Positions 23,867 to 36,394 of a stretch of 64,000 bases of DNA are shown piece by piece. How positions within the stretch are numbered: position 1 is the first letter of the stretch; each line of letters opens with the position of its first letter. This DNA comes from Ramazzottius varieornatus (Eukaryota; Animalia; Tardigrada). The notes beneath the pieces are model-generated. The model was not told the origin of the DNA. It was given only the letters and a program-made list of their open reading frames with translations, and ran no database searches. The stretch is taken from the NCBI GenBank assembly GCA_001949185.1, contig BDGG01000007.1, positions 445,401-509,400 of the forward strand, in the 5' to 3' direction. The translations under genes were made by a program, and so were the position numbers.

Positions 23867-25865
23867 ATGGCGAAAAATATTACTGAGCTATTTTGTGCTA
23901 GTTCCACTTGGAACGTCGGTCAAACACCCACGAATGATCAAAAACACTTGGTTGATTCGTGGAATGATATCAGTTTGGCCAGTCTAATCCACCCTCACTG
24001 GCTGCAGTACTTGCCAGCACCTCCCGCCTTTCGTCTCTCCTTTGGGCTTGTGATATTGGTGATCGGCGTTGTGGCGTTCCTCGGGAATTGCTTGGTAGTC
24101 TACAATTTCCATAAGTAAGCCAACTTGGAACAGTCTGAATACTGACAAGACTGCGGACTCAGTCGGAAGCTTTGCAGGACGCATCGCTACAGCAATAAAG
24201 GCGAACTGGACGACTTGATGGTGAATTTGGCTTTCTGCAATATGCTGATGTCCGCTGTCCTCCCACCGACGTACGCCATCAGCAGCTTTAAAGGACGCTG
24301 GGTCTTCGGATACTACGGTGAGATTATGCGCCACCGGATGCATTTGATCCTGAAATTTTGCCGCAATTATAACTACAGTATACCAAAAATCTCAGTTGGT
24401 GGTGTACACGGTTCTGCTTCTACTGTAGGTTGTCAGCTGCACGGGTTGATCGGATCGATGTGTGGCACAGTATCAATGGTGACGATAACCGGTAAACGTT
24501 TTCCCAGCTTTTTTTATCTCTTAGTCCTAATGTCTAGTTTTTTCCAGCTATGGCTTTGGTACAGTGCTCTGCCATGTGGTAATCCCGTCCCCACTTATCA
24601 CGACCATGCCGGCGTTATCCAGCGTAGCCAATAGCAGTTTTCTTGTTTTAGCAAGCCGTTTGAGCAGTCGCAAGCTTCGGTTACTGCCCGTCACTCGAAA
24701 AGTACCTTACGTTTCATCTGGAGCTACAGGTAAAACTTACATGCTTGTGGCACATATCACAGACAAAGATGTCTACACCGAACGAAACATTGTGTCCGAA
24801 TAACGTCAGCGACACTTTGAATAACCAGGTTTTAGTTGGCAATTTGGCAAAGTTCAATGATAAGTTTTTGGCAGCACGTTCTGGGCGTTTCTCCCTCTTG
24901 TTCCGCCGTTCGCGCCATATGTAAGTAAAGCATTCGAGTACCTTATTTGGGATTCAGCCAAGCTTCCGCTACCGGTAAGCACGTTCTTGATTTCGTAGGC
25001 TCTTTCAGGCTACCTCACCACATGTTCTTGCAACGTTATGGACGACCGGTTTGCGAATCGAGTTTTCATTGGTTCCATGTATGCATGCCTACGACATTGT
25101 GGGTAGGTGCTTACCGCGATCCCAGAACTTGGTCGCACCGTGGTGTTTGCAGGTGTATCGGCGTGTATTTCGTCCCTCTACTCCTGATTATTTACGCTTA
25201 CGGACGAATCATGTGGATAACCCATAAGGAAACGTGCCAGCGCAGAGCTACAGTCGACCAAGGCCTACGGCTGCGACTTGCGACTGGCAGGAGGCGGCAA
25301 ACGCAGGTCGAATCGGCCAGGACCATATTTTATTTCGTGGTTGGGTGGCTGTGGGCCTGGACGCCCTACGCAGTGGTAGCAGTGATGGCAATTTCGGGGG
25401 CTCATTCGTACCTCACGCCAATGGCGTATCATCTGCCATCCATGCTCGCCAAGACGTCTGCTGTATATAACCCTCTGAGTGGGTGCAATGGCCGTTTGTG
25501 AGAACTCCGCACCAGTTCATCTAACATCTGTAATCTTTTATCCCGGTTGATGTGAAAGTAAAGTGTGCTTCCTTTTTCTGTTTTCAGTTTATGCGTTCAG
25601 CAACTCTCGGAACCGCACTGAACTATACCATCTCGTTCGACGATGTTTCGGATATACTGGAGAAAATGAATCGCGACAGGGACCGATTGCGCGTTCAATC
25701 AACGCTCCAGCACAGTCGCTGATTGATCGAATTGCCACGCCTCAGCCGTCCCCTAGAACTCCGCGTATTCAGACAGCCATCCGCATGACTGACTTATACA
25801 TGTATTCCTGCGAAAACCCAAGCTGTGGTTCCCCGCGTAGAGGAGGAATAAGGTTTTCGGTTTGA
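23867..25865 (+). CDS. Opsin (r-opsin-like), 9 exons, with atypical signalling motifs
   Basis: Exons 23867-24114, ~24178-24317 (acceptor uncertain), 24429-24491, 24548-24578, 24652-24729, 24875-24920, 24999-25078, 25153-25478 and 25588-25865 splice in frame. Motifs: IHPHWLQY N-terminus, GN (TM1), NLAF (TM2), WVFG..GC, AWTPYA (TM6), LAKTSAVYNPLIY with the K296-equivalent at 25451-25453. Confidence 0.9.
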
Positions 25866-26169
25866 CAGGTGGTTATCTCCCTAGAACTCCGATACCCAGG
25901 TTTCGGACGTTATTAATAGTCCTTAAGCACCTACTGTCGCAGAACAGGCTGGCTTTCGAGTTGTAGTAACTACTAACTACTGACGGCCTTCCGGTCAAGG
26001 AGTTATAATGAATACCTTGGTTAACAATAATGCGGTCTCTGGGCGTCTAAGGTGCTACTTATCTATTAGCAGGAGCGAACGGCCCTGTATGCTTGTGAAA
26101 ACGTAGGGACTAAATTTTGGCTTTAAATTTTGTTTCTAGAAAATTAGGAAACTGTAAACTCATGGTTTT

Positions 26170-29130
26170 GTTTTGGTTTTTTCTTGTTTTTTTAAATTTG
26201 GTTTACTGGTAATTTGATTAGACGAAAAAAATTTTTCTGTTTCAGTCTCCAAAAACAAACGCAAGCCAATTTGCAAAAGCATAAAGAGGCCCGGTAGAAC
26301 CAGACCCCAAAATATTAAAACAGTACAAATCACCTAAAAATCTCGGTTATTGACATCGACAATAGAATAGATCTCCTCCAAACCTCTATGACTAAAAAAG
26401 ATTCCGAAAACAGAGGCAGCATTACCACGTTGAATATCTATGCTAAGCTTTTGCTTCAAAAACGTGAGAGATCTTGTTTCGCCAGTGGCTTCTTCTATTC
26501 TTTTGCCTATCTGCTGGATAAGGCTGGATGCTGCGTTCCCGAAAGCACCGAAAGTTTCGAACGCTACTGGACAGAACAGGTAGCGACCATCCAGCTCGCG
26601 GTACTTGTGTCTCTTGAGCTCTTCCGCCTTGTTGGCGGCATAACCAAGCTGCCCCGCTGATCCTCGCAGGTATGTTTCTGCAAGAGTGTCAACACAGGTT
26701 ACATCCCAGACAAGAACCTTACCTTGTTGCCACGGGATGAGCGCCAGTCCGTCAGGTCGTTTCTGGTCGTCCCTGAGGATCCCGTTGGGCTCAAGGGCGT
26801 TCGAGACTTTACAGCTGATGAGGCGCCCCAGCTCGTCGACAAGTTTTTTGCAACGACAAACATGGGGCTCACAGAGCCCAGCCCCAAGACGCAAACCAAC
26901 TGAGATGCGGAACGAGTTGTCGTCCAGCAAATTACCTAAAACAGAAATAAGTAACGCATTAAGCCATGCTCCTGAGTCCCTTGCTGGTACGACAACTAAT
27001 CTGGCTTTCTGCTTGGGAACTAGCATCCAGAAGGGTTTGATAGTGCTGGTCAACTATCGGGATGTCCCACGCCTTCCGCGCTGATCGGAGAGGGAGAATG
27101 GGAGGCTGTGAGATACTTTGTTCCTGCCAGAGGTGTATCGCTGGCGATACTATACTATTCACGTCGACTTGAGGATAGATCTGTTTCATCAGATCGAACG
27201 ACGAGTGAACGGAAGCCAAAAAGGCCGGGAGAGCCGGTTCATCGACGCGTCTGATGCCGAGACCGCCCCTACTGACGGGAAGGCTTGACTGCCGCCAGGC
27301 CGTGTCGTCCATTGCGATTTTGGCGATTTTACCTGCACATTTCCGGATGGTCTCATCAAAAGCTTGAAGGGAAGGGAGGCAACTGAAAGTCGGGCTGCAA
27401 CGAAGGATATACAATAGCTTAGGTAGACTAAGACAGTTCTTCAACAGAAACAAAGCTTGGCGGGCCGAGATTTTTTCCAAGCGTGTAATCATGAGCTCAG
27501 CTTGTTGGCTCTTTTTCTCTAAGACCGGAGGGATCGCTTCGGTGAAGACTGGAGCTCCAAGTAGCGTTAGGGTCTCCTTGTCCGGAAATATTACGCCAGG
27601 GCAGAGGAGCTTCATTTTCTGGCGTGTAACTTGCTGTTGGGTAGGAGTACCTCCACAGACAACAAACTCACATTTGGACGTATTGAGCTCGAGGCCCAGA
27701 GAAGCGCCGATCTCCACAATGGTATGCAAGTCCCTACTTACCAGTTCGAAGTCTCCACCAAGCGTGGCATTGTCAAGATACCATACATTGAAGGGCGACT
27801 GAAGCGACTTGGACAGGTTCCGGGTCAGAAGACAGAACAACGATGGCCCTAGGAGGTCTCCGTGTTGAACCCCCCGGGCGGAAGGGATGACGTGCTCGCC
27901 GTAGATGAGATTTGTTGGCGACATGTACATCTGAAAAATAAAAGGATAAATCTCGGGAAGGAACTTCTGGGCCTCCTCGAGTAGCCTGTCTCTGCTAACG
28001 GAATTGAAAGCATTCCTAAAGTCCAGTTTCAGCAAAATTTGGCGGCCTGCCTGGCCTGAGAGGAAACCTCTAGTGGAATGTACTGCTGCTTCGGCGCCGC
28101 CTCTAGTGCCATAGCCGAGCTTTTGGGGTCGTACATGCTTGCTTGTGGCTTCCATCACTCGTTTACTGATGATCTTTCCCGCTGAACGCCACTCAGTGTT
28201 ACCGACCGCAATGGGCCTTATTCCCCCTGTCTTCTTCGACAGAGCGATCAGCGAGGCACCATACAAGGCAGGGCAGACATCTTCTGGTACTTTACCATCC
28301 AGCATCGAGCCGACCAAGTCGGCAAGTGCTTGCGCCAGCTGTAGCGACATAGGTTCCCTCAAACCTACTAGCAAGTCTTTCAGGTGCTGAGGGCGAAGAC
28401 CATCAGGACCCCCAGCTGAGTCACAGGGGAAACTGCTTACAGCTGAAGTTATTTCCTCCGTGGTGACTGGTGGCGAGGGAGGACCAAAGCACTCTTTCGA
28501 GGGGAAATGGGCATCTTAATGTTCGCGGGGATGCTTTTTTTGTAGCTCTCTCAGAGTCTCTGTTGACATAGGGGCTATCACATCTTCGGAGGTGAGGACC
28601 CTAACGGCACCGCTGATATCGCCACCGTTCAACTTCAGCTCCACTCTTCTCTTCATCTGCGAGTCTTCGTCGATCGAGTTCTTCGTCTCCTTTATATTAT
28701 TGGTTTGCGTTTTCGCAGTAGTATCCACCGCTGCAGCTGGCCTAGTGATGTTTTCTTTGACGAGAGAGGTAAAAGACTTCTTCTTAGAGGACGGCTCTGG
28801 AAGTCTGAAAGCAACCGAGGGGAAAGTAAGTAGTTTCTGACAGTGCTCCACATCATTCTTCCTGACACACTCTCTCGCAATATCGAGGAGGGCCGAAGCT
28901 GCAGTTATGCTCGCACCACGTGGTATTCTTTTGATAGTCGGGACAGATCGTTCGACAGGATTGACGGATCGGTTTTCGTCGTAAGCTGCTCAGGACTGGC
29001 TAAGGATGACTGTTTGATCACGTAGCTTTCTCTGGGCTTCTTGGGATGGTCTTTTTCCTCGATGCTTGGTTAGGAAGAGGCAGCTAAGAAGCCACACAAG
29101 TCGTACTTCACTTTCGACTTTCCTTAAGAT
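26170..29130 (-). mobile_element. Decayed non-LTR retrotransposon, CRE-like clade (RT + restriction-like endonuclease)
   Basis: Broken ORFs 28516-28851, 26959-28374 and 26334-27053. Motifs: GGIRPIAVG, LKLDFRNAFN, GVQHGDLLGP, WYLDN (YLDD mutated), LPVSRGGLG, C-x-C, RPDG...WDVT...PVAFET...QRGNA. An A-rich 3' tail lies near 26165-26195 on the minus strand. Confidence 0.92.
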
Positions 29131-29863
29131 GCCATCGTGCTACAAAGAAACATACAGCAAGCAAAATATGCTCCAAAAAATATCTGTCAGGCGAGGTGCG
29201 TATGAAGCAACCTAGGTGCGATCCGGGGGAACGCGTACGTTCACCCCGGAGTCATCTTCAAAAGGACAGAAGGAGCAACTTTGTCGTTTCTAGTGGGGAA
29301 GTTGAGGCGAGCGTGAAGAATAATTGTGTTGCGTTTTCGACAATCCGAGCTTGTGTAGGTGGTTTATTGTTGAAACACCTGAAAAACTTCAAAGAGACCA
29401 ATACTATCCAGAAGAGAACCAATATTAATGTTACTTATAACATTCTAGACCTGCTCGAATTGATGACTGATTCCGCTGCGGGTGCTTTGAATGTCAAATC
29501 GGAAGACAACTGGGTTAAGAAAGGAACCCGCGATGAAGATCGACGAATGGAGGAGGAACTCGAGGATGCAGAAGGAGAGTTCGGCTCGAACGAAGATGAA
29601 ATGGAACCGGAAGAAGCAGGAGGTTTCGATGAGGTGGCGAATGAAAACAAGGATGACGAGGACCAGCCAGAAGAAGACCATACGTAATTGTCACGCACAC
29701 ACTGAAGCAGAAACACCGGCAGAACGGAGTACAACGAAGCAAAGTTTATCAGGAAGAATGAGCAGACAGACAGCGACAGAAGCAGGCAGTCAGGCGAGAC
29801 GAGCGATGAAGGACATGACGGGACGACTCAAAACTTCACTCTGACTTTCACCGCGTCCATCTG

Positions 29864-30126
29864 GTCATGGTTAACTTTCAAAATTTTAAAGTCCGACGAC
29901 TGACACTTAGAATCAGAAAAAATATATTTTTGGAATTTATAAGAAGAGTTATTCGTAAATCATAGTACGCTGCTAATATTTGTGGCGGTGACTCGTCTGT
30001 TCAGTAATCCACATACACATTTTCGTTGTAATTTGCTGTTTTCACAACAGTATAAAATGGAAACCAACACAATAGGTTTCGAAGTGTCGGTTTTCGGAGT
30101 TTAAAATTTTGGAAGTTAACGATGAC
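29864..30126. mobile_element. MITE-like element with ~45-bp TIRs
   Basis: gtcatggttaactttcaaaattttaaagtccgacgactgacactt pairs with aagtgtcggttttcggagtttaaaattttggaagttaacgatgac; AT-rich interior. Confidence 0.65.
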
Positions 30127-32452
30127 TTGCAGTTTACAGTTTCCTAATTTTTATAGAAAAAGATTTTAATCCAAAAGTTTGTTTTTTTGACGCCCTACGT
30201 TTCCACAAGGATACAGGGCCGTTCGCCCCTGTCTATTAGATCTGTCAGTATGTCTTTGCGGTTTTCGGCGGAACACTTTCAAAAGTATTTTCAGAGCTCG
30301 TGCACAGACATTAAAAATTGGCTGATGTTCTATCTGCTTAACAGACTCTTGCCGATTTTTCAAAAGCAACATCTGGACAATGCAAGGAGATGAAGAAACA
30401 AGAAAGATGTCGGAAGGAGTAAGCCTCAGTTCTAAACACAACCGTTTTGAAAAATCTTGGCACAAAACAGGCTTTTCGAATTCGAGACTGATTGAAAGGT
30501 CTTATGGCACTCATTGAACTGATTGAAAGGTCTCTCTGTCAACTGCAAGGAAAAAACCTTGAAAGATATGCTGCGAGTGTTCTGAAAAACAACGTTGTGC
30601 AGAACAGGGTGGAAAGTCGCGGTTGTCGACGCGCGCCACTTTATTGAGGTGGGAACTTCCCAATTTTTCCCTTTATCATTGCTTAACGAAAACAAGACCC
30701 AAAGCTCTTGGAAAGTACACCAATGTATTTACCATCCACTTTCGAAGTTTTGCTTTCGATGGCTTTCAAAGCAAGAAGTATTGCATCGTCCGATGTCAGT
30801 TTTTCCAAGCGTTTTCTCCCACCTGGCTGACTGATGGAGTAGGCTGTTCTCGCCAAATTTGAAACGATCATTTGCTAGCGTCATCGGTGAGGTCTCGCTT
30901 ACCGTAGTGTCTGAATCTTTAGCTGCCTTGGTGTGCCTACAAGAAATAGAACTCTAGGTGGAGGTACTTTTCGAAAATTTTCTATCACGAAACATTCTCG
31001 TATAAAACCACACAAATGCACGGATCAGAGTTTCTAATTCCTTGGGCAGAAGACTACTGTGTCTAGTGTTATTTATGAAAAGAAGAGACGAGAAATTCTG
31101 TCAAAGGCCAGAGATATGAATTTTCAAAACTTCCCTCCGAAAACCCAGAAAGTCATACTGACAGACTTAATAACTGCCTTATACAGGATTGCGAAAGGTG
31201 GCTGAACAGTGCACTCTACTACCGAGTAGGTTTCTTTTGGTTTTCTCGTCTCAGGACAACAGGGTGGCCTCCAGTGATACAGTTATGCATTGGCGATTCC
31301 TGTAATATCGATATTTCAGTGTTTTCGACATACTTCGACATACTGATGAAGGATGCAGACGAGAAGGCGAACATGTTCTTGACTAAAGAACATGGTATAA
31401 GAGAATAAGGACCTGTTTTCTGTGTAAGGCATGTATAGATTAACTTTCCACGATAGTCTTCGGACTGCTGTATTCTCTTCGGTAATCGCGTACGTCGCAG
31501 ACGATACTTTTATCAGGGAGTTTGCGAAGCAAGCAGTCAGACTTCGATCTACGTCACCTCACTCTGTCAGTGTGATCAAAACCGTTAAACAGCTGATTGT
31601 TTTGCGAAGCGGAGCTTGCAAGGTCGTTTTTCCATCCTTCAAAGCAAGCACACAAACAGGGGAAACCAATGTTGAACGCGGTATCGGTATTACTCGGTGA
31701 TACTTGTAACGATTACCGATTTCGGAGTAACGACACTTTACCAAGTACTGACGGTTCAATACTTGTTCAACACTGGGAAAATCAAATGTGATGTGAATGA
31801 GAGAAAATTTCGAAGACGAGAAACGTAAAAAAGGCATAGTACGAAGTGGCAGAAATGACGACACGGTCTTGCTATTACGGCATACACCGCAATCCCACCG
31901 TTATATTGTTTATAAAAACCGTTCGAGTGACGTACACAGATTAAAAGGAGAGATACAGTAACCGTGCCATCGCCGATGCCACGGGCGAAGATTGGATGAT
32001 GTTGACAGTCTGCTTTCCAGTGCTTTACATGCTACACCTCAGGCACCGTTTAAGTTTTTCAGTGTAGCTAGTGAACTTAGAACTCGCGTCTTCAAGTTCG
32101 AGTGACTGGCGTCCACTGATATCAACAACAAATTTCCGTCTACTGGCTTACGGTTAGACTGGCATAGGAAACATTTCGGCTCGAGATTCTCCGATATAAC
32201 ATTCAGTTTGACTTTTATCGCGCTCCGAATGCTTGTTTTATGTATGTCTAGACAAGTAAGTTGTATCATTAGTAAATTCTGCGAACATCCGGTCTCTTTA
32301 GATGTTAATTTCTCCGTTGTCAAAAGAATTTGCCAACTAACTCGTCGGCGTGTTTTGCAGTGCAGCGAAGCAGAATTTCGGAGCTGACGGCGGAGATATT
32401 CTCTAGACTGAGTGAACAATGCCGTGCCCCTACACGAGCCTTTTTCCAAGCT

Positions 32453-33679
32453 ATGGAAGAGGCAGCCCAAAACTGTTCATTTGTTGTAGAGGACTTGGCC
32501 GATCTGCCAGCCAAAGAAGCTAAGAACGTCTTAACCACAAGCTTTGCCGAAAAAGGTCCGTTTAGCTCTAGCAAATTGTGTGGCCATCCTGAACATAGAG
32601 AAGATGAGACGTTAGGAGACTATGTCGATGAGTTATGGTCGCTGTACCTGCCTACCAGCTTTGGCTTAGTTGACAAGACCGGCCAACTGGTGGCAGTTTC
32701 GGTTATGTCAGATTTGTATGAGTCTTCCCGCATGGATTTTCAAGACATTGTGGCGCGACACGAGAATAACTACATGGATGAGATCATGATGTACCTTGAG
32801 CACTTAACCCAGAAAGCGGCGCCTTTGTTGCCGGTGTGTAATTGCAGCGGTAAGTACTGATACACCTGGATGTACGTCTAACGTGCACCCCCATTGTACG
32901 TAGTGCTTAGCGAATCTCTGCGAGGAGCGAGGTCCTACTTTGCTCAGACTACAACTTTGCTCATGAACGTCACGTTTACGTCACAAAGCCTAAGGACTCT
33001 GACCAGACGCATGTCCGGGTGTATCTGGGGAATACAGTATTTCCAAAACACAGCCATTTTCGGCCTTGTGTAGCTCGACATGTCGATCGAGTCTTAACCA
33101 AGCCGGAAACCGTGAGTTGCAGGTATAACGTTATCACGTGAGATGGTGGGGATAAAGTTGGATGAATTCACGCCGATTGAGAACTTCTACGTCATGTTTC
33201 TTGCTGTAAGGGAACAACACGAACGAGCCAAGCGACACGGTTACAAATTTTCGGTGGCCGAAAGCGCCCATCCCTATTCACAGGTACTGCCTTATCAAGG
33301 TACACCTGGCCAGGTGTACAACTAGCACCCTCGGTGTTTATACTGTAAACTAGGTACCTCTAAGCCGGGGCTGTAAGGCGTCCGTCTCGTCAGTCACAGG
33401 TCCATGTCGATAAGGTTGGACACGTGTTGGTGTTCCAGCGTTATCCTCCGCAGATTTAGCGCTCGTACAAAACCCTTCACAGAAATCGGATATTGTTTAG
33501 GCCTTGTCGACACACTTCAGCTGCGAGGAACTGTTCGTGGACCACCCCTCCCAGTACATAAACGCCCAAGGAAAGAAGCCGTTTGCCTGCATGAACAGGA
33601 AAATTGTTGTGAACTACAACCTGAAGAAATACTAAATGTTAACGTTGGACCTTCAACGCCTTCCATGGATGAGTTTTAG
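32453..33679 (+). CDS. Ebony C-terminal-domain-like / AANAT-GNAT-fold protein, possible frameshift in last exon
   Basis: Exons 32453-32849, 33123-33283 and 33400 onward. TTSFAEKG, DELWSLYLPTSFGLVDKTGQLVAVSVMSD, MYLEHL and EFTPIENFYVM...AKRHGYKFSVAESAHPYSQ parallel the Ebony amine-selecting domain as recalled. Confidence 0.6.
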
Positions 33680-34506
33680 TACGCTACAACCTCTTGGTTT
33701 TTTGTTCAGCGCTGTGTGGACATCCATGCCAATGCTTACCCAGAACATCGTTTTGGCTGCCTGCACTTTTCTCCGATGAACAAGAAAACAATTGGATGCA
33801 CAATCCCATGCCATCGGAGCTTGTCGTGTTTTTACAATAGCACCCTCTACAAAGCTAAAGGCATCATGTACTGTGGAATCGGACTCAGTAATTTTGACTT
33901 AACCGGAGAACCTACTTACGTGCTCCTAAATGTTCCTTCGGATCCATGGTATTAGGTTTTTCGGCCATGAGAAAAGATGTTATACGAGCTCACCGCTGAC
34001 CTTCTCTTTATTGAAGAGGCGGCGTTATATCGCCTCTTATCTGTTTCAGCACCGTAGTTACGCCATCAGCCATGCCTTCGATTGATTGATTTCCATTTCG
34101 TTGAATTTCTGTTGATTGAGTACGAAAAAAACACACAGCGTGCGACGTAGCGTCGCCTCTGCGGTATTAGTAAGATTACAGCCGCTAAGATTACCCCATC
34201 ACAACATGATCTGGGTGTTCCGGGACACGCGATTTCAATGGTACTTTCTGGCCTCAATCTTTACCAGTTCCCGCCAGTCGAACGTTTAAGCATGATGTAA
34301 CTGCCGACTTCGAGAGTAGCACTGATGAGCGAAACGTTACTTTTGAATCTCTGTTTATACGTGATTTGTAGGCTCCCACTGAAGTAACTTGCATGGTTTT
34401 CGTTTCCCTAACAGAAAAACAGAACTCTTTATAGGATTGAGGACAGAGAGATCCGTAGATCGAAATGACTGGCTTTCGCCTTTGGATTGAAACCACGTGG
34501 AGATAT

Positions 34507-36394
34507 TCACCGGGTACTTACGCTAAAATATAACGTAAGGACCCGGTGGATATTTCCGTTCCGAGCGCCCGGTACCTGAAATGAGGGTTCAAGCCGCCAC
34601 GGGCATGGTTTGACTTCGGGCAAAGCAGTAAGGCCAGTTTTGAGGATTAGTTTGGCGTACACTGTAGTGTCCGAAAGACGACGTGCGCCTTGTGGTAGAT
34701 TTTCCTTCAATGCGCGTTCCGTTTGTGCCTTTTCTGATGGGCGTTGTCTGGGTGACTGCTGCCCGTCTTCTGCCACGATACATTCGTCCGATGTCCGCAG
34801 AGCCTTAAGGTATGAGGGAGGACTACGTCCACATATCCCAACCGCTACCACACAGACGTCATACGGTGTAGCAGGCTTCAGTCCCCCAATCGTTACTTTG
34901 GTCAGAGTGGCGCAAGGCTCAGGGTGTGAAATCCATTCGTCATCTACCAGCTCTCCATCGTCCAGACTCGAAGCCCGATAGGATACATTGAACTCTTTCC
35001 AGGATTCTCGACTTCTGACTATGGCAGGTTCTTTCCAGCAGACAGTCATAGAAGAAGCGGTTGCGTCGACAACTTGAAAATCTATAACAGGCTGACGAGC
35101 CGTGAACGGCATTTTGTTTCCCTCGATATCGTAGCAAACGATCTGAGCAATGGATCTGTTGGGAATGATACTTTGGGCGACGACACACCTAACATCATTG
35201 TTGGCCGAAGCGAACTCTGTAAGTTCCTTGACCAGGGTCACAAAGGTTTGAACAGTTGTTAAGTTAGCCCAACAGGCCCAATACGAGTCCGGGTTATTAG
35301 TGGATCCGTACGCTTCTCTCCAGTCCTTCACAAAAGACGAAAGTCTCTGTTTTGCTTTATGCACTTGACGGACAATCTCGCTGGTGCATCGTACTATTTG
35401 ACTGTCCCGGCTGTAGAGTTCAGTCAAAGTACCGGTGACAGCCGGACGCGTCTTCGATGTGCCCGAGCATCCCGCACACTGCGCCGTGAATAGCGGAAAA
35501 TCTGCTGACAACTGGATGAACCATCATATCTGTTAGCAATAGAGACTGTTGGTGAAAAGCGTCGATCACGCTGACAACTTCGGCTACGTGCTCGTGCTGG
35601 AATGGTCCGTTAGTGCAATGGAACTTCGTAGACAGTCGGTCCAGGGACCTTAGTCCAATCACGTTTGGGACCAGGTCTGGCGGTACAGCTATGGGTTGGT
35701 AGTGATAATGCGACACTCTTCTACCGCATCAGCAGCGCAGCACTGACTGAACGGCAGCGGAATATTGCTGTGAAACGTCACCGTGACCTCACTGGCGATA
35801 TCTGGTGGACGGCAGGCGCTTTCAGGATACTGGATGATGTCAGCTAGAGCACCGGCAATTTCTCTCAAGAAGCATCTCACCTGAGTCTCATCCTCATCAA
35901 GCTCACGGGTGTAATCAAGCACAATGATGCAATCCACGATGTAGGCAATAGCGGCAACAACATGGGTTTCTATACCGCTTGTTCTAGAATGGTGCTGTTT
36001 GATCAAGTAAGGGATACGGTCGTCTGTCAGCGACACTCTCTGCCGAAGATAGGAACACCTCAAGACAAGGCTGATACTGTGATGTGCGGTTGTTGAGCAC
36101 GAACTCCCCGGATCCGTTGGGCTTTGTGATACCCAGTGCTACATTCAACATATGTACGTCGGATTCCGGTACCCTGATGACCTGCAGCTTTGTCATGAAA
36201 GAGTCGACCTGGAACAGCTTCACCACAGGGATAGGCGAGGGGATGGTGAGCTTGTGAACAGTCGCCGCAGACAAATCATCTACCAACCCATAGCTGTACG
36301 AGGCTGGTACGACTAGCGTCTTTCAAACGTCGTAGAACTCTCCTAGCTGATACTGCTGACCGAACGCTGGGATTCGGCGGTCCGCTTTGTCCAT
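34507..36394 (-). pseudogene. Stonustoxin/verrucotoxin-like (MACPF-related) N-terminal domain + fibronectin type III domain, disrupted
   Basis: MDKADRRIPAFGQQYQLGEFYDV* resembles the recalled stonustoxin ALGRPFTLGMLYD; also THVVAAIAY and an FN3 domain (VVDATASSMTVCW...LKPATPYDVCVVAV). There is a premature TGA at 36323-36325, and the homology is split across several frames. Confidence 0.7.

Noticed and set aside
29196-29844. Acidic low-complexity ORFs (EEELEDAEGEF...)
   Set aside because: No recognisable domain or clear gene structure; may be TE-derived or a fragment.
30166-31160. Short minus-strand ORFs that might be transposase remnants
   Set aside because: No diagnostic motif could be identified.
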